Origin: Pocillopora damicornis
Taxonomy: Eukaryota
Direction: 5' to 3'
Assembly: GCF_003704095.1 (NCBI RefSeq)
Contig: NW_020846697.1
Location: forward strand, 1 to 64,000
Length of the DNA: 64,000 bases
The notes beneath the pieces are model-generated. The model searched no databases. It was not told where the DNA came from and saw nothing but the letters and a program-made list of their open reading frames with translations. This document shows, in pieces, positions 13,125 through 26,766 of this stretch (positions are counted from its first letter, which is position 1; every line of letters begins with the position of its first letter). The translations under genes were made by a program, and so were the position numbers.

Positions 13125-13308
13125 CTCCNNNNNNNNNNNNNNNNNNNNNNNNNNNNNNNNNNNNNNNNNNNNNNNNNNNNNNNNNNNNNNNNNNNNNNNN
13201 NNNNNNNNNNNNNNNNNNNNNNNNNNNNNNNNNNNNNNNNNNNNNNNNNNNNNNNNNNNNNNNNNNNNNNNNNNNNNNNNNNNNNNNNNNNNNNNNNNNN
13301 NNNNNNNN

Positions 13309-16300
13309 GGGAAAATAAAACCGTATCCTTTGCTGTTCAGGCAGCAACAACAGGGTGGGTTGGTTTCGGCATCTCTTCGGGTAATGGAAATATGGCCGGA
13401 AGCGACATGGTTATCGGATGGGTGAAGGACTCCAAGGGTTACCTAACGGTAAGTGAATTTTTGCCGAAAGGACATTAGTCATGGTGGATTTCTAGGCAGA
13501 AAAAAAAAGGTTAACAAAGAAAAGAAGGAGTTACCGCCATCACGACATCCGGATTTAGATGACTAAACAAACAGCCAAAGCGACGTTAAAAACTGCATTT
13601 TTAGCCATTTCTATTTGGATGAAAACTTCCAACACTTTCAAACCAGTGCCTTAATTTAGGACGTATTCGTAGTTGCACGGAAACATTGGAATTTAAATGC
13701 TGTTCAAGCAAAGATTTGCTCTTCTGTGAACATTGTTTACATTATTAGCGGTATCAGCACAATATTGACCCGTTGTCACGCTAACCTGCCTGTATATAAA
13801 GGTAAACTGATGCATCTAAGATTTTTTTGTTGTTTAAGTTATGCAAAACAGTTTTGTATTATACGTCGTCGTTGGTAAGCGAAATCAAAAAGGAGCAACT
13901 AATTGCCTTTTCAAAAGAGTTGGCCCTTCAAAGCTGTACATTTTTCATTACAGAATAGTCTGCAGTTAAGCTGTGAATGAAGCTTGGCTTAGAAAAATAG
14001 ATAACCACGGTTAGTTTTGATCTCGTTTTATTGACTTGTTTTTGAAGGACCGGTTTGCTGATGCTCAAAGCTTTCCACCGTTGGACAAAGAAAACAACTA
14101 CAACTTAACTGGGTTTGAGGAAAGCGAAGGGAAAACTGTGTTAAGATTTAGTAGGACATTTGACACCTGTGATCCTCGCGACAGGAAGATTGAGGTAATC
14201 CTTAACATAGCCAATTCGTTTTTTTGCCGCCAACTCAGCCATGGCTAAAAAAGTAATTGTACTGCCTTTTAAAGGCAGTGTCACTGTGTCTGAATAAATT
14301 GTATACCATATTGATATAACATTTATCGCTACATCATTCAACTGTTCAGCGCTAATTAATTATGTTTTCTTGTTTCTTTTTCAAAGCAAATCAAGTAAAT
14401 TGCTATTTCCCGGTTCATTTTCTTTTACAGGAAGGCACCACTAAGGTTGTGTTTGCATATCATGCAGAGGACCCCACGTCTGAGGACGATATGAAGAAAC
14501 ATACATTCCGCGGGTCAAAGAGCATTCTACTTCTTAACAACATGGACAAAAAACAAGTGAACGAAACCGGGTGGAAGCAGTTTTATGTCACAAATAGAAA
14601 TGTTAGTTACAAATAAAAGTTCTTCTTTTAGTTTTTTAAATAGTGGAGAACGTTATCGAAAGCAAAGATTGTAGAGTGTCCATTCAGGGAGTATGAAGCC
14701 TACTCAAAACAGAGATATACATTTTTTTTCAGATAACGATTCCTAAAAAGCGCACGACTTATTGGTGTTCTCTTATCCAACTACCCGAGTTCAAATCAAA
14801 GAATCATATTACAAAGGTGAGTACAGAGGCGTAAAACATTGCAATAAAACCTGTTTTCATCCGTTTATCTCTTCTTATGGTTAAGTGATTGATCAATGCA
14901 GAAGGCCACCGCGTAAATTCTTACGAAAATGAACATGAATGTTCGAAAAATTATGAACTTGCATTTTCAGAAATGTGTTGATAACAAATTGTTTAGACGC
15001 TCCAACCGAGTTCTTCAAGGAAAGGCAATTTCGTAGCCGGTGAGACTTCGTGACATTGCAACAACTTTTGACATTTCATTAATGCATTTCAAAATTCTCC
15101 ACTTATTATTAGTCGTGTCAGAAAAAGCCACACTTTAAAGTTGAGTGGTTAGCTAATAGCGGGTTACGAAATATCTAGGAATAGGGAAGAACCTAAGGTG
15201 GGTTTACGAAAGGTGTGCCGATTGGCCCAGGGTTTCACAAACGTTTTGGTTCTTAGTGGCATTCTAGAGATTTCCTCGTATTAAGTAATCATTAAGTAGA
15301 AGTAAACCGTTCCACTATTGATGTTGGTGTCGCTTTCGGAGAATTTTCAGTTTTTTCCTCTTTTATAGTTTGAGCCATATGTAACACCTGGAAACGAAGG
15401 CATCGTGCATCATTTACTCGTCTACGAATGTTATGGGAATTTTAGTAATGCTACCTTGTATGGTTCTGGTTTTGACTGTCAAGAAACACCCAATATGCCT
15501 CTAGGACATTGTTACGGCTACAGTGTCGTTGCTGCTTGGGCTGTTGGTGGTACGGTAAGATATAAAACTTATAAAATGGACTTGTTCATCTTAGGAAATG
15601 AACTTTTAATTTGAAACATTTTGAATTTGAAAGGTTTTTCGTTACTATTCCTAAAGAAATATATATACATATAAATATATATATTTTATCAAACAGGCAT
15701 TTTATTATCCACCGAAGGCTGGATATCCAGTTGGTACGTCGGACTCGCCAAGAACACTTTTGCTTGAACTACACTACGACAATCCCAAATCAATTGAAGG
15801 TTGGCACCTCACATTTTGCTTTTTTTTATCCGTTTTCATTTTTAGTTAAGGAGAAGAAGTATTAAGAGGTGTAGTTTTTTGCCCTCAGCCATAAAATATC
15901 TCATTCCCGCAATATCTTTTATTTTTTGTCAAATAGGACGAAGAGACAGCTCAGGGGTTCGTTTTTACTACACTTCTCATCTCCGTCAGTACGATGCTGG
16001 AATAATGTCTGTTGGAGAAGATATAACTGACCTTGCGATAATCCCACCAAAACAGGAATCTTGGTTGACTGTGGGTTATTGCCCCAAAGAATGCTATCAG
16101 GTGACTCAAATATTCATAATAATTTCTTAAATTCATCTCCATGCAATCCAGAGTTTAGAAAAAAATGAAAAAAAAAAACAAAAACCAAAAAAAAAAAAAA
16201 CAATGCATGGCAGTATGGTGAAGCTGGCTCCGAAAATGGGCAAAACACAGGTGGTTAACAGATTATGATTTCACCTTTTTTTTTATTCACGGTGCATTTA

Positions 16301-17700
16301 AGTTCGCACAGTGCCTAGGAACGTGTGTCATAAATTTACTTCTGCATTTAACATGAAGCACCTTTTTTTCTTAGGAAGACTTGCAGGCGACCAAGCTCCC
16401 TGAAAAAGGAATAAAAGTGTTTGCTGCCCTTCTTCACACCCATCTGCAGGGTAAGTGACCTTGTGCTGCTTTTGTTGTTTAGAAGTGGTGGTTGTTGTTT
16501 GTTTATATTTACGCCTGTCTGTCTTATGTTTCCACGTTCTGTTGACAGTCGTACGTCATTATGGAGCCAAACTTAAATATCACTGAGTTTTTGTTTTCAT
16601 CCACAGGGCGTGCAACATGGACAAAGCATGTTCGCAATGGAATTGAGTTACCAGAAATTGCGAGAGATGACCATTATGATTTTAACTTTCAGGTAATTTA
16701 TATGGTGTGGCACAAGATCCACCATTAGCATCTGGCGAATGCACAAGAATTATAACACATGGCTTCTTTCAAAAAACAATTTGCAACAGTATGCTGCTCC
16801 CTCTTCAACTTGTCCTTTATTTCACTTGAATCAATTTGTCCAATCGGAACTACTAATTTTTTCACGACATCCAGAATCCTCTAATTTTCGATATAAATTT
16901 TTTTATTTTACCCAGTCGGTAACAACATCAATGATTATCGCGACCGTATAAGATAACTCTGCTACTTGCCAGTTATCGCTTACGGAAGTCATATTATCAC
17001 CATAACCTTAACTTACTGAGCACTGTGGCCATTCTCTGAGAAATTACGCGATTGCATGTGGGGGAAAAAGTAATTAAGATTCAAGTGCTCCTTTCGGGTG
17101 TCGAAACGTGTTACATTCTAATAAGTGCCTTTGTATATCTTCTACTACGTGAGCCATAGGACATTGCTGGCTACCAAGCTGCGAAATGATCTCATTAAAA
17201 GAACGTTTATTCATTTTCCAAAAGTTAACTTTCACTTGTTGTTTCGCAGGATATACAAGTTTTAAGAGAAGAGGCTCACATCAAACCGGTTTGAGAAAAC
17301 TTTGATTTAAGTGTCACTTTTTCTTAGAATTACATTTGATTTCAGCTCATAAACGCATAATAATTTATATGAGTTAGACGATGTGTCCCACTGATTTATT
17401 CAATGCACTCAAGCTTTCCACGCAACCATTTCAAATTAATATTTAAATGAGCAAATGCGATGGAAAAAATCTGATAATAGAATAACATTGTATATGATTA
17501 TTCTACGTTCCTTTTTAAAATCAAGTTAGATTAAGTTAATTTGTGTTTGATTGTTTTTATCAGATCGAGATTTGTGAATTGGCCTCCAGATGATCACCAT
17601 ACATTTCGTTTTCTTCACTGACGTCTTTCTTATCCTTCAGGGGGACGACTTAATTCATTTCTGCAAATACGAGACGATGGATCGCGATAAACTCGTGCAG
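13309..17700 (+). CDS. MOXD1: DBH-like monooxygenase (MOXD1-like) copy A: DOMON plus Cu-monooxygenase N and C domains; start and 3' exons lost in gaps
   Basis: Exons <13309-13448 (DOMON: TTGWVGFGIS..MAGSDMVIGWV), 14048-14194, 14431-14601, 14733-14816, 15369-15554 (VHHLLVYEC), 15697-15799 (ELHYDNP), 15937-16100 (DSSGVRFYYT), 16375-16450 (LLHTHL), 16607-16692 (YDFNFQ), 17250-17288, 17641-17700. Frame is continuous across GT-AG introns. Confidence 0.93.
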
Positions 17701-17957
17701 GCAAGTGCGATATCTGAGCCCTCAAAAATCACTAAGTAGTCTCTCTAAGAATAAGGACGGCATTCAGAATTCAGACTTATGCCAGCCGAGGTGTTGGTTT
17801 CCTCTTAACAGTGACATCTCTCTCAATCTATATTTCAAGAGATTGCAATAAAAACATNNNNNNNNNNNNNNNNNNNNNNNNNNNNNNNNNNNNNNNNNNN
17901 NNNNNNNNNNNNNNNNNNNNNNNNNNNNNNNNNNNNNNNNNNNNNNNNNNNNNNNNN

Positions 17958-19373
17958 GGGTGTTTCATGACAGTCAAAGCCAGAACCATGTAAGGTAGCA
18001 TTACTAAAATTTCCATAACACTCGTAGACGAGTAAATGATGCACGATGCCTTCGTTTCCAGGTGTTACATATGGCTCAAACTATAAAAGAGGAACAAACT
18101 GAAAATTTGCGAAAGCGACACCAACATCAATAGTGGAACGCTTTAATTCTAATTATTGATTGCTTGATACAAGAAAATATCTAGAATGTCACTAAGAACC
18201 AAACGTTTGTGAAACCTTAGGCCAACCGGCACACCTTTCGTAAACAGACATTTCGTAACCCGCCGTTAACTAACCATTCCACTTAAAGGTGTGGCTTTTT
18301 CTGACACGACTAATCAAAAGTGGAGAATTTTGAAATGCGTAAATGAAATGTCGAAAGTTATTGCAATGTCACTAAATCTCACCGACTACGAAATTGCCTT
18401 TCCTTGGAGAACTCAGTTGGAGCGTCTAAACTATTTGTTATCAACGCATTTCTAAACATGCAAGTTCATATTTTTGAATCATTTTCGTAAGAATTTACAC
18501 GGTGGCCTTCTGCATTGATAAGTCACTTAACCATAAGAAGAGATAAACGGATGAAAACAAGTTTTATTGCAATGATTTGCATTTCTGTACTCACCTTTGT
18601 AATATGATGCTTTGATTTGAACTCGGGTAGTTGGATAAGAGAACACCAATACGTTGTGCGCTTTTTAGGAATTGTTACCTGAAAAAAAGGTATTTTTATT
18701 TTGAGTAGGCTTCAGATTCCATGACTGGATACTCTTCGCTTTCGACAACATTCTCCACAATTTAGAACACTTAAAGAATAATTTTTATTTGTAACTAACA
18801 TTTCTATTTATGATGTAAAACTGCTTCCACCCGGTTTCGTTCACTTGTTTCTTGTCCATGTTGTTAAGAAGTAGAATGCTCTTCGCCCCTCGGAAAGTAT
18901 GTTTCTTCATATCGTCCTCAGACGTGGGGTCCTTTGCATGATATGCAAACACAACCTTAGTGGTGCCTTCCTATGAAAAAAAGAGTAAACAGTGAAATAC
19001 CAATTTACTTTATTTCCTTAAAAAAAAAAACAAGAGAACATAATTAATTAGCGCTGAACAGTTGAATGATGTAGCGATAAACATTATATCAACATGGTAA
19101 ACAATTTATTCAGACACAGTGACACTGCCTTTAAAAGGCAGTACAAATACTTTTTTAGCCATGATTAAATATTTTGGCCGAGTTGACTGATACGGGAAAA
19201 AACGAATAGGCTATGTTAAGGATTACCTCAATCTTCCTGTCGCGAGGATCACAGGTGTCAAATTTCCTACTAAATCTCAATACAGTTTTCCCTTCGCTTT
19301 CCTCAAACCCAGTTAAGTTGTAATTGTTTTCTTTGTCCAACGGTGGAAAGCTTTGGGAATCAGCAAACCGGTC
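17958..19373 (-). CDS. MOXD1: MOXD1-like copy B, exons 2-5, on a probably mis-oriented contig
   Basis: Minus-strand exons 19227-19373, 18800-18970, 18595-18678 and 17958-18080 (partial). Exon lengths match copy A (147, 171, 84 nt). The contig is bounded by ~100-N gaps. Confidence 0.88.
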
Positions 19374-19621
19374 CTTCAAAACAAGTCATTAAAACGAGAT
19401 CAAAAACTAACCGTGGTTAACTATGTTTTTTTTTAAGCTAAGCTTATTCACAGCTCAACTGCAGACTATTCTGTAATGAAAAATGTACAGCTTGGAGGTG
19501 CCAACTCTTTAAAAAGGCAATNNNNNNNNNNNNNNNNNNNNNNNNNNNNNNNNNNNNNNNNNNNNNNNNNNNNNNNNNNNNNNNNNNNNNNNNNNNNNNN
19601 NNNNNNNNNNNNNNNNNNNNN

Positions 19622-21888
19622 ATGATTTTAACTTTCAGGTAATTTATACTTCATACCAATGGTGCGACTTAATGTGGCACAAGATTCACCATTAGCATTT
19701 GGCGAATGCACGAGAATTGTAATACATGGCTCCTTTCAGAAAACAATTTGCATTGGACATTGCTGGCTGCCAAGCTGCGAAATGATCTTGTTAAAAAAAC
19801 TTTTCTTCATTTCCAATAATTAACATTTACCTGTTGTTTCGCAGGATATACAAGTTTTGAGAGAAGAGGCTCACATCAAACCGGTTTGAGAAAACTTTGA
19901 TTTTAGTGCCACTTTTTTCTAGAATTATATTTTATTTTAGCTCATAAACAAATAATAATTTATATGAGTTAGAAGATGTGTCCCATTGATTTATTCAATG
20001 CATTCAAGCTCTCCACGCGACCATTTTAAATTAGTATCTAAATGCGCAAATGTGATTGAATATTCTGATGGAAGAACAACATTGCATATGATAATTTTAA
20101 GTTCCTTTTTTAAATAAAATTAGATTAAGTTTATGTGTGTTTGATCTTTTCTATCAGATCGGGATTTGAAAATTCGCCTGCAAATGATCGCCACACATTT
20201 GTGACATAAAATTTTTATTTCCGTTTTCTTGACTGACGTCTTTCTTATCCTTCAGGGGGACGACTTAATTCATTTCTGCAAATACGAGACAATGGATCGC
20301 GATAAACTCGTGCAGGCAAGTGCGATATCTGAGCCCTCAAAAGTCACTGATTAGTCTCTCCAAGAGTATGGGCGGCATTCAGAATTTAGATTGGCGTTGG
20401 TTTTCTCATAGCAGTGACACCTCTCTCAATCCCTATTTCAAGTGATTGCAACAAAAACATGCCATCGTTGATTTTTGCTATATATGCTTCATGACAGAGT
20501 GACAGATGATGTACTCCTATTCCACCTGCAGGCTGGTATCTCTACCACTCAAGAAATGTGTCTGAATTATATGTTTTACTATCCTCGAATGGTGAATGCC
20601 ACAGCATATTGCTCCAGCTCTCTACGTAAGCCAGTGTACGACTTCATTAAAGAACACTTGTAAGTGAATTAGTACATACTTGTTAAAATAATTTTAAATT
20701 AGACCTGGTCTGCTGCTTAGAAACCACCCTAATACGTTAGTCGTGAAAATAATCAAAAGGAGCCTTAAAAGTGGGACAACAGCTCAAATAAAACCAGTGT
20801 TGCATGCTTTGCCAGCTTAAATCTTTCGCATTTCTCAACAAGAAGTCGTTTTTGGGAGCTATTTTATTTAATAATCACCCATCCCTGTTTAATTTCACAA
20901 GTACTGGCATCGTCTATGAATAAAAAAAGTAAGAAGTTTAACACTGAAGTATTGGTATTCGGAGCATTATAATTATTCCATAGATATGCTATTTGTGTAT
21001 TTGGTTCAATCTTATACTGTCGTGCTAAGGTATCCCCCCCTGAAAGGAGGAAATGAATTTCTTTTACAAAGGGCTCTATCATAGCTTATATCCGCGTATT
21101 TCATTCTTCACGTGAAACGAAATGATCCGTCCAGCAAGTTTCTTGAAGGTAATAGAACATTCAGCATTGATCATGACTGGCATCCTTTCTTTGCCAAGTC
21201 ATCAAGAAGCTGGATAAATCTCATTGGCTTTCTAGTCAACTTACACAGTGAAAAATGACCAACCCATGAATTTAAGCACGTAACTGTATTTACATTGCAT
21301 TATCCTTATAACAACCTAGAGAACAAAAAAGTACGAGAAGAGTTGAAGAACACGAAGTGGATGACAAATACACACCATTACACCAAAAGAAGTGAACATG
21401 ATTGCGGAATTAAACCAAAAATTGTTTAATAAATCGTATAGATATAGCATGTCTTGTTTTAAGCAATGTTAAATTTGAGTCTATTTTTAATTTAAATCTT
21501 CTTTTGTTTAGCCCTCTCATTGGGGCAAATATCTCATGGACGAAGGAATTGGCGTCAGACTTGAGGAAGAGACTCGATGAAGCAGACACATTTCTTTCAT
21601 ATTGCCGCGCGGTCAGTAAACTCAGGAGGGGGCACGACACTCGCTAAAGTTTACGTTACCATATAGTGCCACTCTTAAGGGTGGTAATGAGATCCCGACA
21701 TAATGTGCATGAAAAGATGTCGAAATGATAAAACAAAACAAATTATGGGTGTATGATCATGGGTGTGTGTGCTTGTCTATTGGGTGGAGGGGATCCTCTT
21801 AATCTGGGATGGTAAATGCCTGGTCATAGGCATAGTTTTCATCGTAATCGTAGTTTTCTTTATCTTCAATCTGATTCAGTATGCAACA
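19622..21888 (+). CDS. MOXD1: MOXD1-like copy B, exons 9-14
   Basis: Exons <19622-19638, 19845-19883, 20256-20315 (GC donor), 20532-20659 (AGISTTQEMCLNYMFYYP, CuM Met), 21512-21611 and candidate microexon 21880-21888. Confidence 0.88.
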
Positions 21889-22035
21889 GTAAGTCTGCCA
21901 CCTCCTTAGAGGAGTAAAAGTAAGTGTACAGCGCTNNNNNNNNNNNNNNNNNNNNNNNNNNNNNNNNNNNNNNNNNNNNNNNNNNNNNNNNNNNNNNNNN
22001 NNNNNNNNNNNNNNNNNNNNNNNNNNNNNNNNNNN

Positions 22036-24070
22036 TTAATCACTGACTGGACGTTTGACACAGTAAAATGCGTGACAAATCAATCGGGCACACAATCTTT
22101 GACAGTGTTATACAGAGGCGTAATAAATGTTTGTATAACTAGAAACAGCTGTTCTGCAAACTTGTATCTAATTATTCTGTGTCACTTGTTTCGTTTTGTT
22201 ATCATTCTGAACATGAGCTTTTGGTTTCCTAAGAACTGCTATGCTTTGATTCAGTTACCTCTTTTTATTTTGTACGTGTCTTGATATTGTTGTTGATGTT
22301 GCTTTGTTCAGTTGATTTGTTTTGTTCTTTTTTTTTTTCAAGAAGTAAGAATGCTCTGCCCTTTGGAAAAAACAGAGGTCACACTTCGCCCCTAACCTCA
22401 AATAACGACCACCTCACGACAAAGTTTGACATCGTGCATCCTTTTGTTTTCCAGTTATTTTGTTGTAAAACTTATGTTCATTATTCATGATATCAATATT
22501 CTGGTTTAAGCAAATTAAGACAAGACAGGTTTTAAATCCACAAGCTTTCGATTTTTCAGTTGTAATGTTTCGTTAAAACGGGAAGAACGAAATTTGAAAT
22601 AACAGTGGTAGAGTCACATCGGCCAAAAGAAATTATTGTAGTAATAATCAGTCTTTTCAGACTTTATAGGCTCTTCATCTCGTGACTGGCAGTTAGTAAA
22701 AACGTAAATAATCTGTGAAGAGTTGTTCCTCAATCAAATGTCTCAGTCTGGCTCATTAAAACTAATGTGTTACTTTTGCTTTTATCACGTTTTCGGTACG
22801 AAATTTTCGTTCATTTACTAATGAACTGAATCGAACGCTCTTACTTTGTCGATGGATCGAAACTTATCAAGAAGAACTTGGTGGACACTGCGCTAATAGA
22901 TTTACCGCAAACAGTATCAAGGCAAGACAGACTAATCAGTTTCAGCGAATTAGCATTTGACTGAAAAGCGACTTATCGCTAAATTTGTGGACGACTTTCA
23001 CTACAGCAGTCGAAACGTTATTGAATAAATGATTTCTTTGCATTGTCCAGTCTTACAGAGATAAGAGCTACTAAGAATTACGATGGACCTGTTATCGCGC
23101 CTCGCGCTTGGCTGTTTTACTCTGGTCACTAAGTTCTTCTTTACCCTTTGTGGCTTGATGCCTCTTAAATGTGCTCAACTCGAGCCCAGGGTCATTTCGG
23201 CTCTTTGTTAACGGTATGGGCGTGTTCCTCTAATTCTAATTGATCAGCTTAGATCCATGGCTTCAGTACATTAGTATTAGTGACTTTAAGAAAACCACGA
23301 CGGCAACGGCGACGAGACCGTGGCGGAACAAAAGGTCTAATGAGCAAAACAACAACGAAACACGTGCATTTGAAAAATTTGCACATTTTTCGCCGTCTCA
23401 TCCAGAACGAAAACCAGATTCGTGGAGAGAGGTTGCTGGGAGGGCCAATAGTTTCAATGGTTATCTGTGACAATTTACCCTCTACATTAGAAAACGAAGT
23501 CAGGATTGAATTAGCCCGGTCCTGCACCTGGGAGAATCTGGGAAAGGGAAAAGTTGACTCAACTGTGAGATGTTGCTCTCGGTCTTAACCAACTACTGAA
23601 CAGCAAAGGAGAAAAGAAGGGAAAGCTTACATGTATAAACAGACAGAAGGACAAAGCCTGATGACGGACACGTAAATTTTTAATTTTAGCGTAATCGGCC
23701 GCACATTCACGATTTTCTCGCCCATCGCAAAGATATTGCATAGCGTTACATCTGAAATTTAGACACTACCTTCAGTGTGCATCAATGACCTTTCAGTCAA
23801 ACAAAAGTTAGAAAGTAAATGGTGTCTCGAAAATATCATTTACCTCAATTCTTACTTCTGTTTACTTTTGCAGCAGGTTTTCCCATTGAGAGACTTAAAT
23901 AAGATTAGATTTTGATCACTTTTAATCATTTACATATATGTAAATTGTTGATGTGAGACGTACGATGACAGAAAAAAATCCGAAATCATAAAGGTCCCGT
24001 GGGTCAATTTCATTTCCCCTCCGCTTCAAAATTACATTGTGCACGGAGGAGAAGGAAAATTTTTCAAGCA
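22036..24070 (-). repeat. Inverted copy of MOXD promoter and downstream-flank blocks
   Basis: 22036-22425 is the reverse complement of ~12485-12815; 22430-23850 of ~9120-10855; 23870-24065 of ~35440-35625. Confidence 0.88.
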
Positions 24071-26126
24071 CTCCTTACTGATGGAGAACACAATCAAGTG
24101 AGTGCACTATTGTATGATTGCACGGTTATCGCACAATCCCGATTCCAAAGTCTGCAAAATGTAATAAATTATTTAAGACCCTGATAGACAACATCTAAAG
24201 ACAGGTCAAAACGTTGGGGGTCAAACGTTGTACGCTTTGAGGGTATTACGTAGCATTGGCCAAGGAAGGGAGTAACTTCTTCACTCCACTGACTGATCTT
24301 TTATTACCGCACTCAAGTCTCACGTAAGGAAGAAGGGAATTGGAGACTAGCGTACACTTGTACAATTTTAATGTGCGCAGTAAATACTGCTAAATGGGTT
24401 TACAGACTAAAGAGAAATCATTTACATTGCAGAAAAGTAAACCTACCTGAAGACTACCTTGAACTGATTCCTCTGTATTGTACAGCGCAACTTGTTCTGC
24501 GCATAAAAACACGTAATCAGGCGAATAAGCGCGCGCGTATTCCGAGAAAACGATATTGTTTTTCAATCAATAGACCAGATAGAGGCGTACGATGGTCTTA
24601 AGCTATGAAACGAGCGCATTGACTTATATTTTTATTGCAGAATTTTGGTGTACAAATTATCTCTTTTAATTTGTAGATTAACCATTCATCGATGGAAAAA
24701 AAAAGATATGACTGAAGGCGTTCACGAAGCCCGTAATTCTATGATGCAAATTATGACCTTGAAAGCAACGACTCGAGGAACGTTATGAATCGATGTCGTT
24801 TTAAAATTGCGTGATTTTCCCGCAAATTATATCTCAAATTGTTCCATACGTTCGAGATTTTTTACCAATCATTTCTTTTTCAAATGTCACTTTAAAAATC
24901 CTTGGTTACCGCAAAATAGACCGTAAACCGATGAAATACTGTGCCTGATTTATACCAGTACTAACGTAGATGAGGTGAGTTTGGCCCGTCATATTTCTTA
25001 AACAAGGTAACCTTTCCTTTTTTGTCGTATTTCTCGATACAGACATTTTTGGAGAATATTAAAGGACAATTTCAAAAAAAGAAATTCGATGACCTTTATC
25101 TATAAGGAATCACCATAAGACAACACCACCGAATGAAAACAGATCAAAGGGCTAACGCTCGAAACATGAGGTTTAGAAACTCGCAAAAAATCGGTAATTC
25201 TTTGTGCTAGAAAGGCATAAAAATCGGCGTTCTTTGTGCTAAAAGGGCCTTTTCGGTCGGACGAATGTGTATGTCAAAGAGGAAGGAAACGTTTGGCATT
25301 TAATACGATTTTTCTCGTGGAACTTTCGTTCCCCTCCGGACAACAATGTTTTTTGTTTTTTTNNNNNNNNNNNNNNNNNNNNNNNNNNNNNNNNNNNNNN
25401 NNNNNNNNNNNNNNNNNNNNNNNNNNNNNNNNNNNNNNNNNNNNNNNNNNNNNNNNNNNNNNNNNNNNNNNNNNNNNNNNNNNNNNNNNNNNNNNNNNNN
25501 NNNNNNNNNNNNNNNNNNNNNNNNNNNNNNNNNNNNNNNNNNNNNNNNNNNNNNNNNNNNNNNNNNNNNNNNNNNNNNNNNNNNNNNNNNNNNNNNNNNN
25601 NNNNNNNNNNNNNNNNNNNNNNNNNNNNNNNNNNNNNNNNNNNNNNNNNNNNNNNNNNNNNNNNNNNNNNNNNNNNNNNNNNNNNNNNNNNNNNNNNNNN
25701 NNNNNNNNNNNNNNNNNNNNNNNNNNNNNNNNNNNNNNNNNNNNNNNNNNNNNNNNNNNNNNNNNNNNNNNNNNNNNNNNNNNNNNNNNNNNNNNNNNNN
25801 NNNNNNNNNNNNNNNNTTGTGCAGCAGTATGCAAGAACTAGTTTTATAAGGGAATTATAGAGTAATCGAGAACACCAAGTGCAAGGTGAGGGAAATCAGA
25901 GTTTATTTTTCCGTTTGCCTTAGCCGTTAACGTCACTGTAAAAAAAAACTCACTAATGCGGTAAGTGATGTATATCTATGTCTACTACGGCAGACTTCAT
26001 CCTCTGAGAGATCATCTCTAGGTTAAGATATGGAGCCAACACGGGTTTTAGTGCAGTTTGTAAACTCTAGCAATTTGGAATATACATAGTTTTGAACTGT
26101 GGTCATGATGGCATATCTTTGATCGT

Positions 26127-26289
26127 TCACATCAACACGAAATAGTTAATGAACAGAGATATTGCTGTAGAGTATGAGGTCGTTACCAAGAAGGCGTCTC
26201 CAACGGAAGAGGCTGGTGTCGTGCTTTGTTCACGGCAGTTGGACTGTCGGGGAGGTAAGGGCTTCGTGATCTTTGGAATCGGATATGTG
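26127..26289 (-). CDS. MOXD1: MOXD1-like terminal coding exon (probably copy B, mis-oriented contig)
   Basis: Minus strand TYPIPKITKPLPPRQSNCREQSTTPASSVGDAFLVTTSYSTAISLFINYFVLM*, paralogous to 34712-34888. The adjacent 3' flank 25820-26126 matches 34890-35180. Confidence 0.8.
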
Positions 26290-26766
26290 NNNNNNNNNNN
26301 NNNNNNNNNNNNNNNNNNNNNNNNNNNNNNNNNNNNNNNNNNNNNNNNNNNNNNNNNNNNNNNNNNNNNNNNNNNNNNNNNNNNNNNNNAGTCTGTTCAA
26401 GAAAAGATTTGCTCTTCTGTTAACATTGCTTACATTTTGAGCAGTATCAGCACAACATTGACCCGTTGTCACGCTAACGTGTCTGTATATAAAGGTAAAC
26501 TGATGCTTCTAAAATTGTTTTGTTATTTAAGTGACATAAAATAGTTTTGTATTCCACGTCATCTTTGGTAAACAAATTAAAAAGGAGCAAACTACTTGCC
26601 TTTTAAAGAGAATTGACCCTACCAAGCTGTATATTTTTCATTGCAGTCTGCAGTTAAGCTGCAAATCAGTAAAGCTTAACTTAAAAAAATAAATAAATAC
26701 CTGGCTTAAGTCTGCGAGTGCATACCACGGTTAGTTTTTGATCTTGTTTTATTTACTTTTTTTAAG

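Noticed and set aside
17958-26289. A real head-to-head or inverted MOXD arrangement, or an antisense/hairpin silencing locus
   Set aside because: Inversion boundaries coincide with uniform ~100-N gaps and flipping restores exact exon order, so an assembly artefact is more parsimonious.
64-26544. Long ORFs made mostly of X (e.g. 64-675, 5969-6481, 7110-7739, 25236-25860)
   Set aside because: They read through N gaps; only the short MOXD exon pieces inside some of them are real.
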